Shown here one piece after another: positions 54,269 to 64,000 of a DNA stretch of 64,000 nucleotides (its first letter is position 1; every line of letters starts with the position of its first letter). The stretch spans positions 1 to 64,000 of the IMG/VR virus record IMGVR_UViG_3300022752_000018; one strand, 5' to 3'. The DNA is from a virus. The notes beneath the pieces were generated by a model. It did no database searches and had not been told where the DNA came from. It saw nothing but the letters and a program-made list of their open reading frames with translations. Position numbers and translations under genes: made by a program.

Positions 54269-54300
54269 GTTACTTACCTGCCTCCTGACAAGTAAGTAAC
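54269..54300. other. intergenic stem-loop
   Basis: GTTACTTAC...GTAAGTAAC, a perfect 9-bp inverted repeat that extends further with wobble pairs. Confidence 0.6.
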
Positions 54301-54311
54301 CCTTCTTACCA

Positions 54312-57300
54312 TTAACTCTGTAACGCTAGAATGTATGGTGTTACAACACCTAACAAGCTCTTGTTAAATGCTCTACCTATAATACTACCTGAGTCACGCT
54401 TGATTGTTAAGTCTGGACCAATTCTAAAGTCACCCTTTTCATCTGTACTGGTGAAGTTAATAAATCCGCCCTTGTCACTAACCAATTGATTCTCTGGTTT
54501 TGGTACACCGCCATTGTATGGTAGCGCACTATCTACGTCAATACCAGTTCCAACCCACTCTAGAGTGTGGCCAGTTGTAGTAATTGTACTAACTTGGTGG
54601 AATGTAGCATATGTGTTATCATCGACACTACCATTAAATGTAGCATCAAGTTGTAGTACACTAATATATCCATTAGTCAAGATATCAGTAAATGCATCCA
54701 TTAATGTAGTAATATTAGTTACTTCACCATCTGTTGCTTTTGGATTACTCTTATCCTGATCCACATAGTTTTGAGCAGTAACAATTGCATCATTTAATAC
54801 TACCTTTCTTGCTAGAGCATCTAGGTACACGAAACATGCTACTGTAGCACTCTTACTATCTGCTGGTATCTGGAAACGACCACCACTGTAATACTGTTCA
54901 GCAGCAAACTTAGTTCTACTATTACCACCATAGATCAAGTCGTATGCTAGGGCATCAATAGTTAATCCTACATCACGCTTACATGTGTCTTGTAAGTAAC
55001 CAAATCCAGCGTAAGTTTCGTTGATAAATGTGATTGTATTTTCGGCGATAGTTGGAATACTATCACGTACAATCGCACGTACAATTAAATTGTCTGGCTT
55101 GAAGTTATCAACATCAGCGAACACTGGGTCAACTAGTGCTGGAGCTGCTGTTGCACCGCCTCTGATAACATCGAGCGTAATTTGTACTAGATCACTTACA
55201 CCAGTCAATGAGCTTGGATCTGTTCTTGTCTGTAGTGTACTATTACCTGTAGTTGCTGTTAGTGATGTACCATCTACAATATCATCAATGATATTCTTAA
55301 GATGAGTAAATCCACCAACTGTTGGTCCTTTTGTAGCTAGAGGTATCATTAATCCACCTTTGTAAGCATACTCAAGAGCTGCTGTTCTAGACTCTTTGTT
55401 ACCACCATACAGTGCATCAAATGCTAGAGCCTCAACAATAAACTCAACATCTCTTCCACACTTGGCTTCATTGTACACGAAGAACTGTACTGAACTACCA
55501 GTAGCCTGTGTAGCATCACCTAATGTGTTCACGAATGCTCGTTTAATATCAAAACTTACATTAGCCTTCATACTACTTGCACTAGCAGTTACTCCGTTGG
55601 CTTGCGATACTGAAGTCTTCAATCCATTAATTGTAGCATTCACCGTTACATTTGAAGCTGTTCTTTGAACATTTGCTACTGTATTAGCACTAGCCAAAGT
55701 ACTATCTGGGTTGTTAACTACTAATACTAGGCTGTCGACAGCAGCTTCTGCGGCTGAGGCCTTACTAGCAGCACCAGTTGTATGTGTTCCTTTAGAAACA
55801 ACATCCTGTAATGGTGTGTAAGCACTATTGTTTAGTATGATTCCCACTAGGTCTGCTAGGAATTGATAAGCAGCAATAGTTGCAACTTTCTCATCCTCAC
55901 CACCAGTGATATCAATATCATCAATATTGTTTGGATGTGAACCAAGTGTTAATTGATTACCTTCCCAATATGATAATGCGGCTTCAATAGTTTCAGCGTT
56001 TACACCATAGGCCATATCATAACGCAGTGCGTCAATGATGTACTGAACATCTCTTTCACACTTGATCTTGTTATAATCTAGTTCTGGATAGTTTCTATCT
56101 AGATATGCACGTACTTCAGCCTTAATAAAGTTACTATAACTTACTAGTGTATTATCTACAGCTCTTGGATTAGTTGCAGCAGTTGTTGTTATAACAAGTG
56201 CTGGTGTTGCTATTACTCCACGATCAACAATATCAATAATTGTATCCATCAACGCACGAGCATCTGTCTTTACTGATCCAGTTGTTGACTGACTTACAAG
56301 TCTCTTGATCAAGTACAATGAACCAATTGTTGCTTGCTTTTGCTCAGATGTAACAACCTTACTATAACTTCTTAAGTATGCTTGTGCTGCTTTAATACTC
56401 TTATAGTTACTTGCTGCTGGAATATCTGCTGCTAGGGCATCAAGAATTAGATCAACATCACGCTCACACTTGGTTACTGTTGTACCAGTATAATCTAGAT
56501 ATTCTCTACTATTGATATACTCAAAAATCTTAAATTGAGTAGCCTCTTTACTAGCAACTAATGTTGTAAATGCACTAACTAAATTAGTAGCACCACCTGC
56601 TGTACTTGGGGCTCCTATTACTAAAGCTTTTGCCTGTGCTGCATTTGTTGCATCAGTATCAGTATCTAGTACACCGGTAATAATAGCAATTAATGTATCA
56701 ACATAACCATCAGCTGTAGCATCAACATTAACTAGAGCCTTAATATTAGTAGCTAGAGATTCAAAAGCAGCCTTTGTGGGAGCTTTTTCACCACTACCTA
56801 AATTAACAGTGGCAGTTCCTTCATAGTATGACTTAGCTGCCACTGTTACGCCCCAGTTACCACCATATAATACATCGTGAGCCAATGCGTCAACTACATA
56901 GTTCAAGTCTCTTGTACATTTATTTGTCTGAGCACCTGCTGTTAAGCTTAGTCCGCTTATTACACCAGATACTAGAGTAGACTTGTTAGTTACAATAGCT
57001 GCACTAGCATTCTTACGTGATGCAGCACCTGAAGCTGTTGTAGTATCAGTTGGGTATAACAATGTTACATTAGCATCAGTTTCGTCATTGATAATATCAA
57101 TGACTACGCTTAACTTAGCACGTACGGCACTTATTGCATCGGAATTAGTACTTACTACAGAACTTACAATGCTCTTAGCTTGAGTTAAACCAGCAAGTAT
57201 AGCCCATTTCTGTGCTGATGCTAGTGCTCCGCTTGCTGAAGCACGTAGATATGAACGACCTGCTTGTACACTTAGGAAGTTACTGCCTGTTACCATATCA

Positions 57301-60300
57301 GTAAACACCGCATCTAAAATCAATCCAATGTCACGTTCGCACTTTTGTACTTCATAAACAAAGTATGAACGATTGTTTACCCAACGAATTGTCTTGGCCT
57401 TAGCATTAGCAACATTGCTAATTAGAATGTTTCTAGCTGCTTCTAATGCATTTCTACTGCCTAATAATTCTGGATACTCTACTGCTGGTACTGTGTATGT
57501 AGCACTAAAAACAACTCCAGTTATAATTGCAATTAGAGCAGTTACTCTTGCGTCTAAATCTGCAGGAGCACTACTATTATTAATAATGTAATCTCTTACG
57601 CCATTAAATGCTGCAATAGTAGCAGCTTCTTCACCAGCATTGGTTAACTGAATAGTTCCAGTACCATTTCTGTAAGCCTTAGCAGCAATAATACTAGCCC
57701 AATTTCCACCGTATGTGATGTCATGAGTTAATGCTTCTAATACATATCCAATATCTCTATTACATTTTGCTGCGTTTCCACCACCACTATTATTACTGGC
57801 TGTAATACCAGCTGCTTTAGCATTAGCAATATTGTTAGCATTGAGTAACCATCCATTTAGAGCTACTTGATCTGCTGTTGTAGTTACATTAGCAGTTGGA
57901 ACAACTACCGCTGGTAAGCCTGTGACGCTTTCTGCATTTATTGTATCAATGATAATATTCATACTGGCCTTAATACTAGCTACAGCATCAGCATTACCTC
58001 CTACATAATTAATTAACAAGTTCTTTAAGTACTTGAACGCTAATAAAGTAATATGCTTTTGTTGATCAGTTAATACATTACTTGCATATTGACGTAGATA
58101 TGAACGAGCAGCAGTTACAGTATGGTAGTTACTACCTGTTACCATATCGTAGGCTACAGCATATGTTAAGAACTCTACATCACGAGCACACAATGCCTCA
58201 TCATAATTAATCTTAGTATATGTCTTATTAATATAAGCAATAACTTCGTTCTTAATGAAAGTCTTGTTGGCTAGTAAGATTGCGTTTGCTTTCTCACGCT
58301 CAGCATTACTTACACCACTATAAGTAATTGTTGGAGTAGCTTGATTTCCAAGACCAGTTTCAATAATTTGAAGTATAATATCCATATTATCGGTAATACG
58401 CTCTTTACTAATAGCATTTGACGCTGCAATACCCATCAATACTTGTTTTAAGTATGTAAATGCTGCTATAGTAGCCTGCTTCTGATTTAGACTTGCTAGG
58501 GCATCTGCTGCTAGATTTAGATCTACACCTTGAGTAACTGATCTATAATAGCTACGTCCTGCTGTAATACTACGGAAATTGCTGTTGAACAACATATCCC
58601 AACGTACTGCATCAATCAATAGTCCAACATCACGAGCACATTTTGTCTTATTATAGACTAGTGCTGGGAAATTAGTATCTACATAATTAGTTACCTGTGT
58701 CTTGATTGCATCTGTTTGACTTCTAATTGCTACTGAGACTTCCTGAATAGCTACTTCAGACCAACTTGCATCTGCGTATACCTCTGTATCTAATGAATCA
58801 TCGTCAATTAGAGCATTAACATTATTAATCAATGCATCAATCATTGGGTCAACCATATACTGATCTACATCACTATAAGTTTTGATTCTAGTACCTAATG
58901 CTGTAAATGCTGCTTGAGTCTTATCAACGTGGTCTGCACTTGTACTTCCTGAACCTGCAACTCCCTCAAGTACAACACCATCATAATAACTACGACCTGC
59001 AACACATGTTTCCATGTTTCCGCCATAGGTTAAATCATATTTGATAGCATCAATTAAATAACCTAGGTCACGTAAACATGTAGTCTTACTATAATTATTA
59101 CCAAAGGTATTTGTTACATTAGTATCTAACCAACTACCCATGTATGTTAGTAAATTGGCTCTATTTGCTTCAATGGCATCAACTGCTTTTCTAATTACTG
59201 TATTATTGGCATTACGAGTTGTCTCACCAAATTCTAATACATCAATTACAACATTCATTGCACCTTTGACTCTTAGGGCAGCAGTGACATTATTGCCTGT
59301 AATTTCAACTAATAGACCTTTTAAGAATCTAAATGCTGCTAGTGTGGCTGCTTTCTGAGTAGTTGTAACTACACCAGCACTGGTCATATTTCTATAATAT
59401 GCCTTACCAGCTGTCCAACTACGGAAGTTTGTGCCAAACATCATATCATAACGTACTGCTTCTGTAACTAACTTCACATCACGTTGACATGTCTCTGCTG
59501 TATATGAGAAACCTGGGAACTGTGCGTTCACATAGTCAGTAACTTGTAGGGCTAAACTATTCTTACGATCAAGCATTGTACTTGCAATTAGTGCTAGATT
59601 ATTATCCACCCAACTTGTACTTGGACGTACTTCATCTATTTCTGTTAGATAATCTGGCAATGCTGTTCCTCCGCTTGTACCTGAATAAGGAGTTGAATTT
59701 TTAACAAATGTTTGACCAACTGCTGGAGAAGCACTTGCGCCCATATCAGTCCAATTTACACTTGTACCTAATTCAATAATTACATATTTTTGACCTGGAA
59801 CTAAAGCGCTAGCATTCACTAAGGTTAGAGCAGAAACAATTGTTTTGACTAGATCACTTGCTTTTTTAGCTGCATCTGTGCTTCCTGGAGCATTTGCTCT
59901 AATTTGTGATGGGCCTGCAAAAGCAGCAGTGCCTGCACTAATAGTAGTATGTGCTGTATTTTTCGCTACATTCTCGACAACTGTTGCTAAACGTGCAAAA
60001 GCATTTTTAGTAGCAGTAATATGGGCTGCATTTGGAGGTGAAGCACCTAAAACTGTACCTGAGTAATAAGCCTTAGCAGCTAATACAGTTTCCAAATTAC
60101 CACCATAAGTTAAGTCATAACGTACTGCGTCTAAAATTAATCCTACATCACGTAAGCACTCATCTGTAGTAAAGCCACCGCCGAAACTTGTAAGATTTAC
60201 TAATCCTGCACCACCATTCCCACCTGCGCCACCTGTGCTTAGTAGATATGATCTCATATCTTCTAGAATAAAGTGTCTATTCTCCTCGATACGATCACGA

Positions 60301-63300
60301 GCGTTTAGGAAACCAATATCACTAGCGTTTGGAGTTCCACCATATGGTGTGCTCACGGCTGGTAATGTTGCTAGGGCTGCTGTTTCATTTGCTGCTGATA
60401 GTAAATTAATTACAATATCCATCAATGCTGCTACACGATCCTGCGCCACTTTATCAGTTTTAACTAAGTCATCAAGAGCGACCTTAACAACTTCAAATGC
60501 TTTCTGTGTAGCTAACTTCTGATTGCCAACTACTGTACTTGCTTGAGCACGATAATAACTGCGAGCAGCCACGATTGTGCGGAAGTTGCTGTTAAACATC
60601 ATATCCCAGCGAACTGCATCAATAATCAACTTAACATCACGCTGACATTTATCAACATCATATACTAAGCCCGCAAAGTTAGCATTAACATAATCAGTTG
60701 TGGCCTTGGCTACTGTGTTAGCAGCAGCCTTGAGCTTGTCACTGAATACATATAACTCACTATCTACCCAACTTGTATCAGCCTCAATGGCCGCTGGCTC
60801 TTCAATACGCTGATCAATGAAACTAATAATATCATCTACTAGTTTTAATGCTGCTGTTTCGCCAGCTCCTGCTGCTGTCTGTGCTGCAATCAATGTTTTT
60901 AATTGTTTGTAAGCATCAATTGTTGCTAATCTATCATCACCTGGGAGGGCTGTACCATCATAATAAGCCTTACCTGCAACAATAGTTTCTTGATTACCAC
61001 CAAAAGTTAGATCATATGTTATAGCATCTAATATTAGTTTAATATCCTTACGACATGTTGATTCAGTATAAACTAAACCATTAAAATTACCATTTTGATT
61101 AGTACGTTCTGTATTAATAAAAGTAATTAAGTTATCTTCAATAGTTTGTCTATTAGTATTAATATCATTACGAGCAGCGATTCTACTGTTTTGATCAGCC
61201 GCAGCAGCATCATATTCTGCTTGTGTATCAAAATCATTAACAGTTATTGAAGGTGGAGTAATTAGATAGTACTTACCTGATCCACCTGGTTTATCTGGGG
61301 TCGAATCAGCAGCAGCATTAAATCCTAAATTATTCAACGCTGTGTTATCGCTGGCCAGAATAGCTAAGAATATATCAAATAATCTTTCAGCACGTTGACG
61401 GAAACTAATAGTTTGTACACTACCACTACCACCTGTTGCTGTATTTGGTGTACCTGTTGCTACAAAAACTGTTCCTACTGTGTTATTTCTAGCCCCGAAA
61501 GTACGATAGTCTGTATAATAGTAAGCTGTACCTGTACCAGTACCTGAACCAGTTGCTGTAAATATAGTACCTGAATTATTGTCTGCTGCACCAAGTTGTG
61601 TAAAGTCAGTGGTACTACCAGTACCATAAACGATTTGATATTTGCCACCTACAATAAAGCCGCCTGCTTGGACTAGAGTTTTCCCAGTACTAGTAATCTT
61701 ATATTCACGACCAACTACTAGTGCTTCGGCTGTTGTTTCAGCATCTAATGTTTCAATATCTGATAGACCTTGTGTGATAACTTCATCTAAAGATTCTAAA
61801 CTTGGTCTAATCTCAAATGTTAATCCTGCTGTAGAACCTGCTGTACCTAATGTAGTATCAATTGGTGCACCATCAACTTCTTCACTCAATTGGAACGAAG
61901 TTGTTGTTGGGTTACCGATAACATAATATGTCTTAGGTTGGGTACCAATATTTGTATAATTTTCTAAAGTACCTGCACCTGTTCCATATACTCCACTTAC
62001 ACGTATTGGCTGATTTTTCTTAATTGGTTGTAAGAGATCAGTTACTGGTGCTGTACAACTAAACTGACCACTAGTACTTGTAATAGTAACTCCTACTAAT
62101 TTCTTACCTAATACACGTTCCTTTAGTTCTTTGAACGCACTGATATTAGCAGCCGCTTGTGTACCAGTTATAACACTAGCAAATGATCTACGATAACTAC
62201 GACCTGCAGATATAGTTCTGAAACTTGTATTAAACATTAGATCATAACGAATAGCATCCAATACTAGACCAACGTCTCTACGACACTTGGCTTGATCATA
62301 ATCAACTACAGGAGAAATACTTGTAAATGTGTTAATGTTATTCACATAATCAATGATTACATCTTGAAGTCTTGGCTTTTCTTGTACAATTGTGGTACTA
62401 ATTTCTTGAAGTAATGGATTGACCCATACTTGATTTGGTAACACTGTTGTTGCAACAGCGCCAGCGCCAGCTTCTATTAGGTTTCTAACCTGTAGAACAA
62501 GATCACGTGCCTCTGTAGCAGCCAATGTATTAGTTGAAGCACCTAGAGCAGTGTTAACCGTAGCAAGAACTTGCTCTGACAAGTATGTATATGCTGCTAC
62601 AGTAGCAGGAATCTCACCTGCATTTGTAAACACTGTACCGTCATAGTAGGCCTTACCAGCAACCATAGTTTCCATATTGCCGCCATAAATGAGGTCATAT
62701 GCCACTGCATCTAATAAGAAACCAATGTCCTCTTCACACTTGTCATCATCATAAGTAAATGAACTCCAAATACTACCTACAGCCGCACTACTTACTTGTG
62801 TACTAATCCAAGTTGTCACTGCTGTCTGCAATGTACCCTTAGCAGTCAATATAGCATCAGCGGCTACTTTGAATGATGAGTCACGATTAACAATACCTGC
62901 TGGTCTTGCCAGTGCGTATACACTACCGCCTGGTAATGGTACACGAGCAGTTGGTACACTGCCACCGCCAATAATACTTGAAATCAATTCAAAACTACGT
63001 GTGATACTAGCAATTGCATCTGCATCATCTAATAGTTCAACTACTTTCTGCTTGGCAAAATCAATACCGCCTAGTGTTTCTTGTAATTGATCTGTTATAA
63101 CCAAACTACTTGTAGCACGACGATATGCTAGACCTGCTTTTACACTGTTATAATTTGTGCCTAATAATAGATCATATAAGGCTGCATCAATAATTAGTCC
63201 AACATCACGACTGCAACGACTTTGATCATAAGTCTTGTAGTTAGCAGTAATATAAGCTACCACTTCTTCCTTCAAGAATTCCTTATTAGCAATCAAACTA

Positions 63301-64000
63301 TTAGCAGCATTGACAGCATTAGGATTAAAAGCAGCACCAATTGGCGGAACATTAACCACTGGTGGGGCTACTTCAACACCTTTGTCAATAATATCAAACA
63401 TTACATCAAATAAGTTTGTAATACGACCAATAGCAGCCTCATTCTTAACTAGTGGAGGCTTCTGACTGATTTCAATTACACGATCACGGATAAACTTAAT
63501 AGCCTGTAGTTGTGGACCAATCTGTGTGCTGGTTACAACATTAGCAGCCTTCTGTAAGTATACACTACCTGCTGTGATACTTTGGAAGTTACTGTTTAAT
63601 ACCATGTCATACATAGCAGCGTCTAAGATCAAGCCTACATCACGAGCACATTTTTCTGTGTTGTATTGTAGGATAAAGCTATCAATATAATCTGCGATAC
63701 GAGCTTGTAATTCAGCTTTTTGTTCTTGTACAGCAATACGAACATAGGCCAATGTTTCATCACCTGCTAAAAAGTCTGGATTAACTCTTAGTGGTACTTG
63801 TTTTACACCACCTTTAACAACATTGATAACAATATCAACCAATTCACCTAGTCTTTGACTTGTTTCAATGCTACCTGCTGTACCTTTAATCTGTTCTAGA
63901 GACTTTTGATAACTCTTTGCTAGCGAACTTCTTGCTACATCAAATATCAAGTTGCCTAGATAGTTATAAGCACGTATTGTAGCTTCAATTTCATCATCTG
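54312..64000 (-). CDS. giant virion protein (>3,200 aa, 5'-truncated) with at least 18 helical C-x-R-D repeats
   Basis: The frame stays open to the window edge (DDEIEATIRAYNYLGNL...). It carries repeated Y...KC.RDVGL..DA..YD...(GGN/NSN) units and ends GHTLEWVGTG...FTSTDEKGDFRIG...PYILAL. Confidence 0.88.
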   Translation of the reverse strand, partial: DDEIEATIRAYNYLGNLIFDVARSSLAKSYQKSLEQIKGTAGSIETSQRLGELVDIVINVVKGGVKQVPLRVNPDFLAGDETLAYVRIAVQEQKAELQARIADYIDSFILQYNTEKCARDVGLILDAAMYDMVLNSNFQSITAGSVYLQKAANVVTSTQIGPQLQAIKFIRDRVIEISQKPPLVKNEAAIGRITNLFDVMFDIIDKGVEVAPPVVNVPPIGAAFNPNAVNAANSLIANKEFLKEEVVAYITANYKTYDQSRCSRDVGLIIDAALYDLLLGTNYNSVKAGLAYRRATSSLVITDQLQETLGGIDFAKQKVVELLDDADAIASITRSFELISSIIGGGSVPTARVPLPGGSVYALARPAGIVNRDSSFKVAADAILTAKGTLQTAVTTWISTQVSSAAVGSIWSSFTYDDDKCEEDIGFLLDAVAYDLIYGGNMETMVAGKAYYDGTVFTNAGEIPATVAAYTYLSEQVLATVNTALGASTNTLAATEARDLVLQVRNLIEAGAGAVATTVLPNQVWVNPLLQEISTTIVQEKPRLQDVIIDYVNNINTFTSISPVVDYDQAKCRRDVGLVLDAIRYDLMFNTSFRTISAGRSYRRSFASVITGTQAAANISAFKELKERVLGKKLVGVTITSTSGQFSCTAPVTDLLQPIKKNQPIRVSGVYGTGAGTLENYTNIGTQPKTYYVIGNPTTTSFQLSEEVDGAPIDTTLGTAGSTAGLTFEIRPSLESLDEVITQGLSDIETLDAETTAEALVVGREYKITSTGKTLVQAGGFIVGGKYQIVYGTGSTTDFTQLGAADNNSGTIFTATGSGTGTGTAYYYTDYRTFGARNNTVGTVFVATGTPNTATGGSGSVQTISFRQRAERLFDIFLAILASDNTALNNLGFNAAADSTPDKPGGSGKYYLITPPSITVNDFDTQAEYDAAAADQNSRIAARNDINTNRQTIEDNLITFINTERTNQNGNFNGLVYTESTCRKDIKLILDAITYDLTFGGNQETIVAGKAYYDGTALPGDDRLATIDAYKQLKTLIAAQTAAGAGETAALKLVDDIISFIDQRIEEPAAIEADTSWVDSELYVFSDKLKAAANTVAKATTDYVNANFAGLVYDVDKCQRDVKLIIDAVRWDMMFNSNFRTIVAARSYYRAQASTVVGNQKLATQKAFEVVKVALDDLVKTDKVAQDRVAALMDIVINLLSAANETAALATLPAVSTPYGGTPNASDIGFLNARDRIEENRHFILEDMRSYLLSTGGAGGNGGAGLVNLTSFGGGFTTDECLRDVGLILDAVRYDLTYGGNLETVLAAKAYYSGTVLGASPPNAAHITATKNAFARLATVVENVAKNTAHTTISAGTAAFAGPSQIRANAPGSTDAAKKASDLVKTIVSALTLVNASALVPGQKYVIIELGTSVNWTDMGASASPAVGQTFVKNSTPYSGTSGGTALPDYLTEIDEVRPSTSWVDNNLALIASTMLDRKNSLALQVTDYVNAQFPGFSYTAETCQRDVKLVTEAVRYDMMFGTNFRSWTAGKAYYRNMTSAGVVTTTQKAATLAAFRFLKGLLVEITGNNVTAALRVKGAMNVVIDVLEFGETTRNANNTVIRKAVDAIEANRANLLTYMGSWLDTNVTNTFGNNYSKTTCLRDLGYLIDAIKYDLTYGGNMETCVAGRSYYDGVVLEGVAGSGSTSADHVDKTQAAFTALGTRIKTYSDVDQYMVDPMIDALINNVNALIDDDSLDTEVYADASWSEVAIQEVSVAIRSQTDAIKTQVTNYVDTNFPALVYNKTKCARDVGLLIDAVRWDMLFNSNFRSITAGRSYYRSVTQGVDLNLAADALASLNQKQATIAAFTYLKQVLMGIAASNAISKERITDNMDIILQIIETGLGNQATPTITYSGVSNAEREKANAILLANKTFIKNEVIAYINKTYTKINYDEALCARDVEFLTYAVAYDMVTGSNYHTVTAARSYLRQYASNVLTDQQKHITLLAFKYLKNLLINYVGGNADAVASIKASMNIIIDTINAESVTGLPAVVVPTANVTTTADQVALNGWLLNANNIANAKAAGITASNNSGGGNAAKCNRDIGYVLEALTHDITYGGNWASIIAAKAYRNGTGTIQLTNAGEEAATIAAFNGVRDYIINNSSAPADLDARVTALIAIITGVVFSATYTVPAVEYPELLGSRNALEAARNILISNVANAKAKTIRWVNNRSYFVYEVQKCERDIGLILDAVFTDMVTGSNFLSVQAGRSYLRASASGALASAQKWAILAGLTQAKSIVSSVVSTNSDAISAVRAKLSVVIDIINDETDANVTLLYPTDTTTASGAASRKNASAAIVTNKSTLVSGVISGLSLTAGAQTNKCTRDLNYVVDALAHDVLYGGNWGVTVAAKSYYEGTATVNLGSGEKAPTKAAFESLATNIKALVNVDATADGYVDTLIAIITGVLDTDTDATNAAQAKALVIGAPSTAGGATNLVSAFTTLVASKEATQFKIFEYINSREYLDYTGTTVTKCERDVDLILDALAADIPAASNYKSIKAAQAYLRSYSKVVTSEQKQATIGSLYLIKRLVSQSTTGSVKTDARALMDTIIDIVDRGVIATPALVITTTAATNPRAVDNTLVSYSNFIKAEVRAYLDRNYPELDYNKIKCERDVQYIIDALRYDMAYGVNAETIEAALSYWEGNQLTLGSHPNNIDDIDITGGEDEKVATIAAYQFLADLVGIILNNSAYTPLQDVVSKGTHTTGAASKASAAEAAVDSLVLVVNNPDSTLASANTVANVQRTASNVTVNATINGLKTSVSQANGVTASASSMKANVSFDIKRAFVNTLGDATQATGSSVQFFVYNEAKCGRDVEFIVEALAFDALYGGNKESRTAALEYAYKGGLMIPLATKGPTVGGFTHLKNIIDDIVDGTSLTATTGNSTLQTRTDPSSLTGVSDLVQITLDVIRGGATAAPALVDPVFADVDNFKPDNLIVRAIVRDSIPTIAENTITFINETYAGFGYLQDTCKRDVGLTIDALAYDLIYGGNSRTKFAAEQYYSGGRFQIPADSKSATVACFVYLDALARKVVLNDAIVTAQNYVDQDKSNPKATDGEVTNITTLMDAFTDILTNGYISVLQLDATFNGSVDDNTYATFHQVSTITTTGHTLEWVGTGIDVDSALPYNGGVPKPENQLVSDKGGFINFTSTDEKGDFRIGPDLTIKRDSGSIIGRAFNKSLLGVVTPYILALQS

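Noticed and set aside
1-64000. Cyanophage assignment on the basis of the phycobiliprotein-like repeats
   Set aside because: No photosynthesis or bilin-synthesis auxiliary genes are in the window, so the host cannot be determined from this sequence.

Overview
This window comes from a large, AT-rich, lytic T4-like myovirus, probably a jumbo phage of an aquatic bacterium, read in the standard genetic code. The left ~8 kb holds replication, recombination and metabolic genes: a truncated HExxH peptidase-vWA gene, thyX, a cytidylyltransferase-cupin fusion, uvsY, FkbM, recA/uvsX and a gp32-like SSB. From 8 to 24 kb is the morphogenesis core: large and small terminase, gp4-like head completion nuclease, tube-fold proteins, an expanded tail sheath, dNMP kinase and gp13/gp14/gp15-like neck and terminator proteins. 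A NUDIX gene and a glycosyl/methyl-transferase cassette follow. The right ~36 kb is a block of giant virion appendage genes. The main ones are a 6,247-aa (Gly-Val-Gln)n collagen-like protein with about 26 CBM5/12-like aromatic modules, and a >3,200-aa protein with at least 18 helical repeats that each carry C-x-(R/K/E)-D, resembling the chromophore-binding helix of phycobiliproteins. Other notable signals are a 1,059-bp insertion that swapped the recA C-terminus and left fragments of a GIY-YIG endonuclease and a second uvsY, a probable ATT start for the gp15-like gene, and T4-type late promoters placed to give leaderless mRNAs. No tRNA, rRNA, CRISPR array, integrase or reverse transcriptase was recognised. 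All family assignments come from motifs read by eye, not from database searches.
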